Assembly (NCBI GenBank): GCA_051971635.1
Contig: JBFPLN010000003.1
Location: 160,001-224,000, forward strand
Source: Candidatus Atelocyanobacterium thalassae
GTDB lineage: Bacteria > Cyanobacteriota > Cyanobacteriia > Cyanobacteriales > Microcystaceae
DNA length: 64,000 bases
Direction: 5' to 3'
The first letter of the stretch is position 1; the number at the start of each line of letters is the position of its first letter. Below the pieces are notes generated by a model. That model was given only the letters and a program-made list of their open reading frames with translations. It made no database searches and was not told where the DNA came from. Below, piece after piece: positions 20,084 to 31,113 of this stretch. The translations under genes were made by a program, and so were the position numbers.

Positions 20084-20977
20084 TTATCTTTTTCTATATG
20101 TAGATACTTTAAGATTAATCATCGAAAAGACTAATATTATTAAAAATAAAATTAATCCAATTGTACATGCATAATTAATATCTAAATCGTGAAATGCTTT
20201 TTCATAAAGATAATAGACAATTGTTTTAGAGCTATTTAAAGGTCCTCCTTGGGTCATGATATAAACTTCTTCAAAAGTTTTAATAGCAGAAATAGAAGAT
20301 ATAACGGTAACTAGTAAAATATAAGAGCGCATCAAAGGGATAGTAATATCTAAATGTTTCTGCCAACCATCTGAACCATCTATAGACGCTGCCTCATACA
20401 GTTCTTTTGGAATTCCTTGTAATCCGGCAAGGTAAATCATCATATAGTAACCTAAACCTTTCCAAATTGTGACGAGCATAACACTCCAGATTGCCATTTC
20501 AGTACTAGTTAGCCAAGGAACTTTATCTATTAGACCGATATGGTTAAGTAATTGATTAAATAAGCCATTAGAGCTATATAATGCTTTCCATGTGATTCCT
20601 ACAACAACTGTTGAAATAATAACAGGGATATAAAATGCTAAACGAAATAAGCTAATACCTTTTAGGTTGTTATTAACCAGAATAGCTAATAAAAGAGGAA
20701 GAAAGACTAAGAAAGGAACTACTCCAAAAAGATATAATACTGTATTTGCTAATGTTCTCCAAAATACTGAATCGTGTGATAACCTATAAAAATTTTCTAG
20801 ACCTACCCAACTAGAAGGTTGTGTGAGATCATAGTTATACTGTGTAAAACTTAAATAAAAAGCCTGAAAAGTAGGAAATAAGATAGTAATTCCAAGCAAA
20901 AGTAAAGCTGGAAATAAAAACAAATATGGTGTAAGTTTTATTAATAATTGTTGCTTAATCAAAATTACAGGTTTCAC
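20084..20977 (-). CDS. Carbohydrate ABC transporter permease (CUT1, LacF-like)
   Basis: EAA loop LYEAASIDG, MTQGGP, six TM segments. Confidence 0.9.
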   Translation of the reverse strand: MKPVILIKQQLLIKLTPYLFLFPALLLLGITILFPTFQAFYLSFTQYNYDLTQPSSWVGLENFYRLSHDSVFWRTLANTVLYLFGVVPFLVFLPLLLAILVNNNLKGISLFRLAFYIPVIISTVVVGITWKALYSSNGLFNQLLNHIGLIDKVPWLTSTEMAIWSVMLVTIWKGLGYYMMIYLAGLQGIPKELYEAASIDGSDGWQKHLDITIPLMRSYILLVTVISSISAIKTFEEVYIMTQGGPLNSSKTIVYYLYEKAFHDLDINYACTIGLILFLIILVFSMINLKVSTYRKR

Positions 20978-21572
20978 GAAGATTTCGATATTTACTTTGG
21001 CTCTATTCGAAATAGTAACACAGGAAATCAGAAAAATCTTTAAATAAAAATCTAATAGATTTTATGATACGATTTGTTCATAAACAATAAATTAAAGCGG
21101 ACTCATCAACTAATAGTATTGTGATTAAAATAATATTTCAATAAATATTGAAATATTACAAAAATAAAAGATATAACTTACTCATTTGTGCAATAGTAAC
21201 CTTATCTATCCGAATTTTTGAAAAAGTCGCGTAGTATATTTTAATAATAGAATTAGATATAATATTTTTATTGCTGAGCTAAATTTAAGTTTCGAAAATT
21301 TTACATACTTGCTATAAATTAATTAGGATAAAATACATTTTTTTCAACTCCTAATCTTATAAAAATTAAGAAAATTTAATTATTACTTAAGACTTTATTT
21401 AATGAATATCTAATTTATTAACTAGTAATTTACTTAGACTATATGTTATATTTTTACTAGTAAATTTTTACTTAATTAAATCTTTTTTTTACGGCAAATT
21501 TTCTTATTTACTATTATTATATAGTAGATTTAATAATCACTTTAATTGAGGTTAAGTTTTTTATTATCTGTT

Positions 21573-22142
21573 ATGAGTCAAAATTACGAAATTTCTCAAC
21601 CACTTCCTCCTAGTGTTAAACGTGCCTCAACTATTCTTCAATGGTCAGGGAATATTGGCTTTTGGACACAATTAATATTGGGAGTATTGGCAGCAGCTCT
21701 CTTATTTTTGTCTTTAGCAGGATTAGTGACACAGGATAGATCGTCAGAAGGAACTTCTTTTAGTATTTTTTGCTCCATTTCTGGTGTTATAGCACTTATG
21801 GTCAGCACATTTATCTGTTTCAGATATAAAAAAATTGCGCAATTAATGAAGAATCCTGAGCCTAAAGCTAGACCTAAAAAATCTTCAACATTGCAACTGA
21901 TCAGGGCAGGTTTATTATCCAATTTAATTGGTATTTTTTTATCAATTATTGGTGCAGAAGGTTTCGTTGGAATTCTTTGGAGAAAGCTTTCTAATATTCC
22001 TCAAGGTGCAGCAGTTTATGATACTGGTAAGTTACCAACTCCTAGTGAAATTTTATTACTACTAGCTAATACTCACACAATATCATGCCACTTCGCCGGA
22101 ATAATAGTAGGTTTATATCTTTTAGATCGCTTAGATAGATAA
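21573..22142 (+). CDS. DUF3611 family membrane protein
   Basis: GFWTQLILGV and ANTHTISCHFAGI. ATG at 21573 preferred. Confidence 0.8.
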   Translation: MSQNYEISQPLPPSVKRASTILQWSGNIGFWTQLILGVLAAALLFLSLAGLVTQDRSSEGTSFSIFCSISGVIALMVSTFICFRYKKIAQLMKNPEPKARPKKSSTLQLIRAGLLSNLIGIFLSIIGAEGFVGILWRKLSNIPQGAAVYDTGKLPTPSEILLLLANTHTISCHFAGIIVGLYLLDRLDR

Positions 22143-22172
22143 TAATTTAAATAGCTAACTAGCATAGGATAA

Positions 22173-22505
22173 ATGCAGAAAACAAGACTTAATACTTTGT
22201 ATGAAATCACATATAACAATTTAAGCCAAATTTTTAGTAATCCTTGGCGTAATTTATTCTTAAATTTCACTAGTATCCTAGCAGGTTTTTTTATTGGTCA
22301 GGCTATAGCAATTACAGCAGGGCAAGAATCTTACTGGGAAATTACAGTTGGAATTATCCTACTAATATTTACTGAAGTGAGTAGCAAAGTAGTTTATAGT
22401 AGAAGAAAAACTGAGAAAAAAATATTATGGTTAGAAACGTTTAACTTCTTCAAAATGGGCATTATTTATAGTTTATATATAGAAGCATTAAAACTGGGAT
22501 CTTAG
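22173..22505 (+). CDS. Ycf20/DUF565 family protein
   Basis: MQKTRL, NPWR, TAGQ, FKMGIIYSLYIEALKLGS. Confidence 0.85.
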   Translation: MQKTRLNTLYEITYNNLSQIFSNPWRNLFLNFTSILAGFFIGQAIAITAGQESYWEITVGIILLIFTEVSSKVVYSRRKTEKKILWLETFNFFKMGIIYSLYIEALKLGS

Positions 22506-22739
22506 TTGGAAATTCAAATATTTTCCAGTTGTTCTAATACAAAAAATATTTAATATGTACCTTAATAACTGTCTACGTATAATTTTTTAAATTAGAATCT
22601 TCATTTAAAATTTATTAAAAAAAATAGCATACTTTCCAGAGAATAGAATCAATTATTCTATTTAGTAAATTCTATACATAGCAAATCTAAGTTAAATTTA
22701 TTTTTAATTTTAAAAATTATCAGTTATTTGATTAATTTT

Positions 22740-23651
22740 ATGAAACAGTCTTCAGTAATTGGAATTGATCTTGGTGGAACCAATATTAAGATTGGACATT
22801 TTCTTAAAGATGGAGCATGTATTAACTTTTTAACAGTAGCAACCCCTAGACCTGCAACTCCTGAAGCTATAGTTAAAATTACTACACAGGCAACTGAAGC
22901 TTTAATCAAAGATCATAATTGTATAGCTTTAGGCATTGGAGTACCTGGACCTGTAGATAACACTAATAGAATGTCTAAAGTAGCTCTTAATTTCTCTGAT
23001 TGGGAGAATGTTCCTTTAGCTGAGCTGTTAGAGAAAGCCATCCAATTACCTACGACTATCGCAAATGATGCTGATTGTGCGGGTTTAGGAGAAGCTTGGT
23101 TAGGTGCAGGTCAGTATTACAAAAATTTAATAATGTTAACTTTAGGAACAGGAGTCGGAGGAGCCATTATTCTTAATGGTCAATTATTTACAGGACATTT
23201 AGGAACTGCAGGAGAGTTAGGATTGATGACTCTAGACTTTAACGGTCCTATCTGCAAGAGTGGTAATAAAGGATCTCTAGAACAATTTGGATCAATTCAA
23301 GCCATATATCGTATGACCGGTAAGGATCCACTTGAACTTAACAGGTTAGCTAAGAAAGGAAACCAAGAAGCAATTATTTTTTGGGAAAGATATGGTCAAT
23401 TGTTAGGAGCAGGATTAGCAAATTTAATTTATATATTAACTCCAGAGGTAATAGTGATAGGTGGTGGTATTAGCGGTAGTATGTCTTTTTTTCTTGCTGC
23501 CACTTTAAAAGAAATTGAGAAACGTGTCCTACCAACTTCTCGTACAAATCTAAAATTACTAGAAGCGAAATTAGGAAATAGAGCAGGCATATTTGGCGCT
23601 GCTAAACTTGCTTGGAATCTGACCAATAATATTAATAACGAATTTTATTGA
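22740..23651 (+). CDS. ROK family sugar kinase
   Basis: IGIDLGGT, GVPGP, NDADCAGLGEAWLGAG, LTLGTGVGG, IGGGIS. ATG at 22740. Confidence 0.9.
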   Translation: MKQSSVIGIDLGGTNIKIGHFLKDGACINFLTVATPRPATPEAIVKITTQATEALIKDHNCIALGIGVPGPVDNTNRMSKVALNFSDWENVPLAELLEKAIQLPTTIANDADCAGLGEAWLGAGQYYKNLIMLTLGTGVGGAIILNGQLFTGHLGTAGELGLMTLDFNGPICKSGNKGSLEQFGSIQAIYRMTGKDPLELNRLAKKGNQEAIIFWERYGQLLGAGLANLIYILTPEVIVIGGGISGSMSFFLAATLKEIEKRVLPTSRTNLKLLEAKLGNRAGIFGAAKLAWNLTNNINNEFY

Positions 23652-23665
23652 TATTATCAGAAATT

Positions 23666-25279
23666 TTATATAAAAATATCATCTGACAGTTTTGATACAT
23701 TTGCCGATTTTTCATTGAATAAATTAAACAATTTCCTACAAACAATTTCTTGACTTTCTTTCATCTGTCCATAAGAGAATATCCAAGGTAATTTCTCAGC
23801 TGCATTCATTTTTATAAACCAATCTAAGACATACGGACTTCCGTAAATAATTAAACCTTGGATGAGAGATGTAGAAAATAATTTAAGATAGGAGTCTTTA
23901 GATTTGTCGCATAATCCTGCATTTGTTCGAAAAGGATTGCCTCGTATAAAAATCTGTAATAGTGTCAAACGATTGTTATCTAGAACACTTTGTAAGTTAA
24001 TAGACTCTACTATTTGCAAATCATAACCTAAAAGCTTAGGTATAGTTATTGCAGGAGATTGCTGAGTTAAGAAAGGCATATTAAGTAAATTATCAACTAC
24101 TATTAAGTTACGTTTATTACTTTTTACAATCTTTTCTAATGTTAACTTTGGGCTTATTTTTAGAGATTTATGAATAATATTAGTGACAACTTTTTGAGAA
24201 CTTTTATCTGACAAAGTATAGACTGATTCAATATCGTTTTTATAATTACATATTTTATTTTTTGCTGTCCAAATTTTATCAAGAGATTGATCGATTAACT
24301 CCATTTCCAGCTCTCCAGACTTCACTGCATCATAAATAGCATTTATAGTATATTGTGGATTATCTGGCATCAATAATATATTAGCACCAGCTTTAACAGC
24401 TTTAATCGCTATTTCTTTGGCAGAAAAATATTTTGATATTCCTCCCATAATTAGTGCATCTGTAATAATTAATCCTTCAAAATTCATTTCTTTTCTTAAC
24501 TGCTGAGTTAAGATTTTTTTTGATAAAGTTGCTGGATTTTTTTTGTCCCAACTATTAATTAAAATATGAGCACTCATTATGCTATCAACCTGTGTATTAA
24601 TCACTTCTCTGAATGGAACTAATTCTAAATTATTCAATCTTTTAAAGTCATAATTAATTACAGGTAATTCAAGATGAGAGTCATTATTTGTATTACCATG
24701 ACCTGGAAAATGTTTGGCTGTTGTTAAAATAGGATAATTTTTTGTACCTTCTATAAAAGCTTTAGCCAACTGAGATACTATATCAGGGGTTTCGCCGAAT
24801 GAACGAATATTAATGACGGGATTATTAGGATTGTTATTGATATCAACTACTGGTGCTAGTATCCAATTAATTCCAATGGACAACGCTTCTTTTCCTATTA
24901 TTTTTCCTGTATCATAGGTCAGTTTAATAGCGGTTTTTAAATCATATTTTGCAATTTCTCCTAAAGCCATTAGAGGTGGAAATTCAGTTCCTCCTGAAAA
25001 ACGTTGACCTACGCCTTCCTCAATATCTGCAGCAACAAATAATGGAACATATGATAGTTTTTGTAATTGCTTAGTTCTCAGTGTTATTTCTGCAGCACTT
25101 CCTCCTAATAAAATTACTCCGCCTATATTTAAGTTATTCATCCAATAAAATAATTTATCGTTAGAAGCTTCCCAGGCTGGATAACGTATCTCATGATCAA
25201 ATAAAAACCCGGAAGCACGAACAATAATCATTTGTCCGATTTTCTGTCTTAAAGTAAATTTCTTCCAATCAGGTAACAA
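23666..25279 (-). CDS. nagZ: GH3 beta-N-acetylhexosaminidase (NagZ-like)
   Basis: KHFPGHG..DSH signature, ADIEEG, RSFG, ITDALIM. Confidence 0.8.
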   Translation of the reverse strand: MLPDWKKFTLRQKIGQMIIVRASGFLFDHEIRYPAWEASNDKLFYWMNNLNIGGVILLGGSAAEITLRTKQLQKLSYVPLFVAADIEEGVGQRFSGGTEFPPLMALGEIAKYDLKTAIKLTYDTGKIIGKEALSIGINWILAPVVDINNNPNNPVINIRSFGETPDIVSQLAKAFIEGTKNYPILTTAKHFPGHGNTNNDSHLELPVINYDFKRLNNLELVPFREVINTQVDSIMSAHILINSWDKKNPATLSKKILTQQLRKEMNFEGLIITDALIMGGISKYFSAKEIAIKAVKAGANILLMPDNPQYTINAIYDAVKSGELEMELIDQSLDKIWTAKNKICNYKNDIESVYTLSDKSSQKVVTNIIHKSLKISPKLTLEKIVKSNKRNLIVVDNLLNMPFLTQQSPAITIPKLLGYDLQIVESINLQSVLDNNRLTLLQIFIRGNPFRTNAGLCDKSKDSYLKLFSTSLIQGLIIYGSPYVLDWFIKMNAAEKLPWIFSYGQMKESQEIVCRKLFNLFNEKSANVSKLSDDIFI

Positions 25280-25309
25280 GGAAACCTCAAAAGCTTATTA
25301 AAATTATTA

Positions 25310-25696
25310 CTATATCAGTGAAGAGGAATCTTGCTCAGTTGTATCGCCATCATTAATTTCATTTAGTAAATGTAACATTTCATTTCCTCTTTCTATACTG
25401 TGATCTTGGAAAAACTGTACATCTGGAGCACGTCTTAGTCTTATACGTTGTGCAAGCTCTTTTCTAACGTAACCTTCTGAAGATCTTAATCCTTGCATTG
25501 TCTCGAATTGTACTTCTTCTGTACCATAAATGCTCACGAAAATCTTAACATGTTGTAAATCTCCTGATAAATGTACGTTAGTTATACTAATCATACCGGC
25601 TCCCACTCTATCATCCTTAATATCAAAAAGAAGCATATTAGAAATTTCGCGTTTAATTAATGAGGAGATACGGGAGATTCGACGACTATTGGCCAT
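25310..25696 (-). CDS. rbfA: Ribosome-binding factor A
   Basis: [29 protein letters not shown]. Confidence 0.95.
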   Translation of the reverse strand: MANSRRISRISSLIKREISNMLLFDIKDDRVGAGMISITNVHLSGDLQHVKIFVSIYGTEEVQFETMQGLRSSEGYVRKELAQRIRLRRAPDVQFFQDHSIERGNEMLHLLNEINDGDTTEQDSSSLI

Positions 25697-26081
25697 ATTG
25701 ATCTTTTATCATCTACTATAAATAATATCCAGTTTTTAATCAATAAAACTGTCAATACTGTATTTGTAACACAGCATATTCAAATTGTGTAGATTTTAAT
25801 TAGTTTAGCTTCTATTGTGATCTCTTAATATAAAGCACTAAAGAAAAAGTTTATAAGTATTTCGTAGAGTTTTATCTTTAATTAAATAAGTCAGAAAAGT
25901 CTTAAGTAGTTACTTTGTAAATATTTAGTCTTTTACTTGTACAGTGCTTTTAAGTCTTTCTTAAAGCTGCCATAAAACTTCTACTTCTCTATTCACGATA
26001 TTAGAAAGCAATAAGATTTTAGATTATTTAATTAAACATAATAATTTTTATTCATAACTATTTTTCCTATAAACATGTTAT

Positions 26082-26300
26082 TTATCCTCCACCTACTATA
26101 GTTACAATTTCTAAGTTGTCTCCTGTTTTTAAAAAAGTATTTTCCCAATATTCTCGATGCAAAATTTCTCCGTTGTATTCAACAACTACTAAATAGGGGT
26201 TAAAATGCATTGTTTCTAAAAACTGCGGTAAACTTATTTGAGAAGTAAAGGTTTTAGATTTTCCATTAACTTGTAACGTTATTGTCTTAATATTTTCCAT
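26082..26300 (-). CDS. thiS: Sulfur carrier protein ThiS
   Basis: VNG, VVEYNGEIL, C-terminal IVTIVGGG; adjacent to thiE. Confidence 0.93.
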   Translation of the reverse strand: MENIKTITLQVNGKSKTFTSQISLPQFLETMHFNPYLVVVEYNGEILHREYWENTFLKTGDNLEIVTIVGGG

Positions 26301-26466
26301 AAGTGACTTTATATTTATAGGGACTTACGAAATCATAACAAATAATTAAATTTAGTATATTGTATGAGATTAGTTTGAACTACGTTTATAAATTTATACA
26401 TGCCAATTCTTTTAGCCTCTAATTTTATTTGAATTGCAAGATTTAATTATTTATTGTTTTTAGTAT

Positions 26467-27483
26467 CTAAGATAGGTAATTTTGTATTAGAGATCTTGTC
26501 ATTTCTTCAGGATTTTCTGCTTCCATAATTAGACGAATTACAGCTACCTGCTTCACACCTAAGGCAATAAGATCATTAATATTACTAATGTTGATTCCTC
26601 CAATAGCAAACCAAGGAATAATACAGTTATCCGCAACATAATTTAAATAATCTGACTTGATTACCTCTTTTCCTAGTTTATTAGGCGTTGAATACATAGG
26701 ACCAACACCTATATAATCAGCACCTCCTTCAACTGCTTCTTTCATTTCTAGAGGATTTGTTGTCGAGCATCCAATAATTTTTTTAGGTCCAAGTATTTTT
26801 CTTACTATTTTAATTGGAATATCTTCTTGTCCTATATGTACTCCATCAGCATTTACAGCTAATACCATATCAACCCTATTATTTATAATAAATAAGGCAT
26901 TATATCTATGACATAACTCACAAAGTTTTTTTGCCACCTCTAGATAAGAGCTATCATCTATGTTTTTTTCTCTATACTGTAGTATTTGTAATCCACCTTT
27001 TAAAGAGGATTCAACTATACTGAATAAGTTTTTTGTAGGTGAAGTGATAAGATATATTGATGTTTGACATAGTTTCTCGTAATGAGAATATTGCATCAAA
27101 GAACTTTCCAATATGTAAACCTTATAACGAATTTTTTTGAAAGACTTTCCCATTTCACTATGATAAAGTTTTCCATACTCTTCTAGTACTCTTAATGATT
27201 CCTGAATACGACATAAATTAGCTTGTAGAAGTTCTTCGATATTATCTTTCACTTCTTCCTGGGGATGTGATAAGTCTATACCTGGATCATTTTCAGTATC
27301 TCTTGATAAGCGCAGCTCAGAAGTATGCCAAAGAGCAAGTTCTTGGCGCATGTCTTTGCAAATTTTTGTTAAATTACTTTTTCTCAAGCCAAAACGACAC
27401 CATTCCTCTACAACTCTTATTCCTTCTCTAGCTCTATCTAAATTAGCATCTAGAATTTGAGCAATTAAAAAATTGTTGTTCAT
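26467..27483 (-). CDS. thiE: Thiamine-phosphate synthase, cyanobacterial form with N-terminal extension
   Basis: ILDANLDRAREG, QYREK, GVHIGQED, DYIGVGP, AIGGI. ATG at 27483 preferred over TTG at 27507. Confidence 0.95.
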   Translation of the reverse strand: MNNNFLIAQILDANLDRAREGIRVVEEWCRFGLRKSNLTKICKDMRQELALWHTSELRLSRDTENDPGIDLSHPQEEVKDNIEELLQANLCRIQESLRVLEEYGKLYHSEMGKSFKKIRYKVYILESSLMQYSHYEKLCQTSIYLITSPTKNLFSIVESSLKGGLQILQYREKNIDDSSYLEVAKKLCELCHRYNALFIINNRVDMVLAVNADGVHIGQEDIPIKIVRKILGPKKIIGCSTTNPLEMKEAVEGGADYIGVGPMYSTPNKLGKEVIKSDYLNYVADNCIIPWFAIGGINISNINDLIALGVKQVAVIRLIMEAENPEEMTRSLIQNYLS

Positions 27484-27520
27484 AATATATTTCTTTAGTT
27501 CAAACAATTATATATTTTTA

Positions 27521-27576
27521 CATTAAGATAGAAAAAGTGCATTGCTAACTAGCAATGCACTTTTTCTATCTTAATG
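27521..27576. terminator. Perfect 27-bp-arm inverted repeat downstream of tal
   Basis: cattaagatagaaaaagtgcattgcta-ac-tagcaatgcactttttctatcttaatg. Confidence 0.85.
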
Positions 27577-27663
27577 ATCTATTTCTAATTTAATTGCTAC
27601 TATTAAAAGTAGATCACCATAATATTATCTAAACTAGAAATAAGATTACTGCTCAAGACTCAG

Positions 27664-28644
27664 TTATTTTTCAAGATGAGCTAATCTTGTCTTAAGCATT
27701 TCCTCGAGAGATTCTAATGCCTGCGTAAATCCTTTAATTCCTTCGTCTAATTTGTCATAGGCCATCTGATCTTCTTTGTGCATCTTATCAAAAGTAGCCT
27801 TGTCAATACAAATTTTTTCAATATCCACACCTGTAGCTTTATTTGGGTCAAGCTTACGTGTTAATGTGTCATCAGTAGATTTTAATTCTTCCAGAAGCTT
27901 GGGGGAGATAGTTAACAAATCACATCCTGCTAACTCACGGATTTCTCCAATATTCCGGAAACTTGCTCCCATAACTTCAGTCTTGTAACCAAACTTTTTA
28001 TAATAGTTATATATCTGAGTTACTGAAATTACTCCAGGATCCTCTGTAGAAGAATATTCTTTCCCAGTATTTTTTTTATACCAATCTAAAATCCTTCCAA
28101 CAAAAGGAGAGATTAAAGTAATATTTGCTTCTGCACAAGCAACTGCTTGATGCAAACCAAATAATAAGGTTAAGTTACAGTGAATACCTTCTTTTTCTAA
28201 AACTTCTGCCGCTTTAATACCTTCCCAAGTAGAAGCAATCTTAATCAAAATACGTTCACGAGAAATTCCCGCTTTTTCGTATTCAGAAATTAAAAAATGA
28301 GCTTTTTCAATAGTTGCCTCCATATTGTACGATAAACGTGCGTCAACTTCTGTAGAGACTCGACCTGGTATTATTTCGAGTATTTTTAACCCAAAGCCTA
28401 CTGCCAGTCTATCAAAGGCCAAAGTTGTGACATCAGATTTACTTGCACTCTCACCCAATTCTTTTTTCGCAGTTATCAAAGTATCATCTACAATAGATTG
28501 ATATTGAGGCATCTGAGCTGCAGCTGTAATTAAAGATGGATTTGTAGTAGCATCACGAGGTGTAAAGGTTTCAATAGCTTCAATATCCCCAGTATCGGCT
28601 ACAACAACTGTAAAATCTTTTAATTGTTCTAATAACGTTCCCAT
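27664..28644 (-). CDS. tal: Transaldolase
   Basis: [46 protein letters not shown] at 28644 follows GAAGGAG. Confidence 0.97.
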   Translation of the reverse strand: MGTLLEQLKDFTVVVADTGDIEAIETFTPRDATTNPSLITAAAQMPQYQSIVDDTLITAKKELGESASKSDVTTLAFDRLAVGFGLKILEIIPGRVSTEVDARLSYNMEATIEKAHFLISEYEKAGISRERILIKIASTWEGIKAAEVLEKEGIHCNLTLLFGLHQAVACAEANITLISPFVGRILDWYKKNTGKEYSSTEDPGVISVTQIYNYYKKFGYKTEVMGASFRNIGEIRELAGCDLLTISPKLLEELKSTDDTLTRKLDPNKATGVDIEKICIDKATFDKMHKEDQMAYDKLDEGIKGFTQALESLEEMLKTRLAHLEK

Positions 28645-28879
28645 AATTACTCCTTCCGACACAAGTGAAAATTCTAAAATTTAAATGGATAACCTCAGTC
28701 TAGTCAACCTGAATTGTGCTATCTTCTTAACCTTATCAGCCACCCCTTATTTCAGTAAATAATTTCAGGAATTCCTTAATGATTTATTTTCCACTTATCT
28801 AGGAATTACCAACAAATTATTCAAAAACTAAAGAAGCTATTTTAAACTGTAAATAATAGAGGTAAGTAAGAATAATGAT

Positions 28880-29404
28880 TTAGAAATTCTCTCCTTCTGA
28901 ACGGGAGCTTGTAGAACCCTGAGGATTCAAAAATAGATTTCCAGCAGCATCATTTGGATAAATGCAATTAATACTAGGTTTACTTTCAAGAGAACCAACA
29001 AATCCAAAAGTGTTCATTCGATTCTTGCAATCTCTAACTTGCTCTCCTGATATTAATCTTTTTTGTTCTAATAAAGTCATGTTAGAACGTCGTAATACGC
29101 ATCCAGGCTGCATTTGTGGCTGAGTTGCGTAAACACTAAAGGGATTTAAAGATAAGAATATACGCATATCAGTAACAATTGCACTTGCTCCATACTGTAC
29201 ACAAAGTTCTGGATTAGGAGCACTTTTATCAATAACTTCTCTGGAAACAACATTTTGTGGGTTGAAGCTCGCATTAGAAGTTATTCCTATACCTACTCCA
29301 ATACCTAATATAAAAGTACCTCCAAATAAAGCGATTTTACTGTAATTGACATTTGAAGTTATTGATTGTTGTGAAGAATAGCGAGAAGGAGTTTTACGAG
29401 CCAT
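28880..29404 (-). CDS. DUF3172 family protein
   Basis: APNPELCVQYGASA, PGCVLR, CKNRMNTFGF. Confidence 0.8.
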   Translation of the reverse strand: MARKTPSRYSSQQSITSNVNYSKIALFGGTFILGIGVGIGITSNASFNPQNVVSREVIDKSAPNPELCVQYGASAIVTDMRIFLSLNPFSVYATQPQMQPGCVLRRSNMTLLEQKRLISGEQVRDCKNRMNTFGFVGSLESKPSINCIYPNDAAGNLFLNPQGSTSSRSEGENF

Positions 29405-29568
29405 ATCATTATTAAATTTACTTTGTGTGCATTGAGTTTACCTTTATATCCACCTAGGATAAAAAATATTATTTATATCAATTTCTCTATATTTAAAAAA
29501 AAAGCCTATCATTTATTATGAAAAATGATTTAAAGTAATTTGAGATATCTTTGCGATAAAAAACAATT

Positions 29569-29949
29569 ATGAAAGTTTTACAGATAATAAAAATAGCTGG
29601 AGCAGCAAGTTTTATAGGATTAGGAATTGTTATGATTGTAACTAATCCTGGAAAACATGCATATGAAAAGTATGCTGCTAGAACTCTTACAGGATATTTA
29701 AAACAAGAAGTTTGTTCACAATCTTCTGGAGTATTAGGAAGCTTCCTTTCAGAACATTGTAAAACACTTGTAGATATAGGTAAATCAAATATTAATAAAG
29801 TTATTTCAAATAAAACTGTTCGTCAAAATTACTTATTATTTAGCATTTATGAAACTGAGTTGTTATTACCTCCCCCAATCTCTAATTATGAATTTGAGAC
29901 TATCGGAATATTCCAAAAATTTTATACTTATCAAGCTGATAAATTTTAG
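29569..29949 (+). CDS. DUF4359 family protein
   Basis: TNP...YEKYA, RQNYLLFSIYETEL, TIGIFQKF. Confidence 0.75.
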   Translation: MKVLQIIKIAGAASFIGLGIVMIVTNPGKHAYEKYAARTLTGYLKQEVCSQSSGVLGSFLSEHCKTLVDIGKSNINKVISNKTVRQNYLLFSIYETELLLPPPISNYEFETIGIFQKFYTYQADKF

Positions 29950-30222
29950 ACTCAATATTTACAATTAGCCATATATTTTATTTATTGAAACCGAAGAAAA
30001 ATATTTTTAAGGTTTAGAAAAAATGCTATATCTTAGTACAGAATAAATTAATATGACTTATTTCTAAAATCTCTGTTTTTTTAAAACTTACATAAAAAAT
30101 TTAAGAACCACAAAAGTAAATAGCTGTAGTAATAATTATAAAAATGATTATTATATATCATCAAAAAAACAGATGATATAAACCTTAAACTTATATCAAA
30201 TACTGTAAGATTAGACTAAAAC

Positions 30223-31014
30223 ATGATTCCTCAAGCAGCAAATGCAATAGAAACTTTAATTAATTTAGCCCAACAGGGAGAAATTGATCCTTGGGATGTT
30301 CAAGTAATTGAAGTAGTTGATCGTTTTTTAAATGAGCTAGAAAGTACTAAAGATAACCATTCTGATAAAGTTTTTCAGCAGACCAATCTACCAAAATCAG
30401 GGCAAGCTTTTTTATGGGCATCTATGCTAGTTCGTTTCAAAGCTGATACGCTTGATAAGCTTCATTTGCCAAGTAACATACAAGAAAATTTAGATGAGAA
30501 TGATGATATTGAGGCTGAAGAAGATATTATTAGGGATCACTTATTACAACCAGACCTAGAGAAACATTTACGTCGTCGTAATGCTGCATTACCAACCTAT
30601 AAGCGTCGAGTCAATTTACAGGAATTAATTAATTATATTCAGAAATTTGCAGAAGAGTTGGAAACATCCAAGCCTTCTAAGCGAAATAAGAAAAGTCCTC
30701 GTGCTTATTCACAGAGAGAAGCTACAAGAATGGTTGTTGAGCTTGCGCATCAAGAAAATTTAACAGAATTAGCTAAACAATTAGAGATATTTCTCCAGGA
30801 AAAATATTCACAGTGCATTCAAACTCACAAAAAAATCAATATAGAAGATCTTCTAAGCCAATGGCATGGAAGTTCTAAAACTGATGATAAACAAAAGGTA
30901 AAAACTCAAGATAAAGTTGGAATTTTCTGGGCTTTACTGCTTTTGTCATCACAATCTAAAGTTCAGTTATTTCAAGAAGAACTTTATCAAAATTTATATA
31001 TTCAAGTTTTATAA
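30223..31014 (+). CDS. scpA: Segregation and condensation protein A
   Basis: GEIDPWDVQVI, ASMLVRFKA, FWALLLL..QSKV. Confidence 0.88.
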   Translation: MIPQAANAIETLINLAQQGEIDPWDVQVIEVVDRFLNELESTKDNHSDKVFQQTNLPKSGQAFLWASMLVRFKADTLDKLHLPSNIQENLDENDDIEAEEDIIRDHLLQPDLEKHLRRRNAALPTYKRRVNLQELINYIQKFAEELETSKPSKRNKKSPRAYSQREATRMVVELAHQENLTELAKQLEIFLQEKYSQCIQTHKKINIEDLLSQWHGSSKTDDKQKVKTQDKVGIFWALLLLSSQSKVQLFQEELYQNLYIQVL

Positions 31015-31113
31015 ATAATTTTTTTAAATTCTTATCGAGATTTTTGAAAAGTAAATGGTAAACTAAGCATTGTCGTTTAAAAACCCTATGGCAGAGATTG
31101 AGGAAAAGTATTC

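Noticed and set aside
25697..26081. Remnant of a small gene upstream of rbfA
   Set aside because: No frame could be aligned convincingly.
27484..27663. TPP riboswitch upstream of thiE
   Set aside because: No CUGAGA-type consensus; only the long palindrome.
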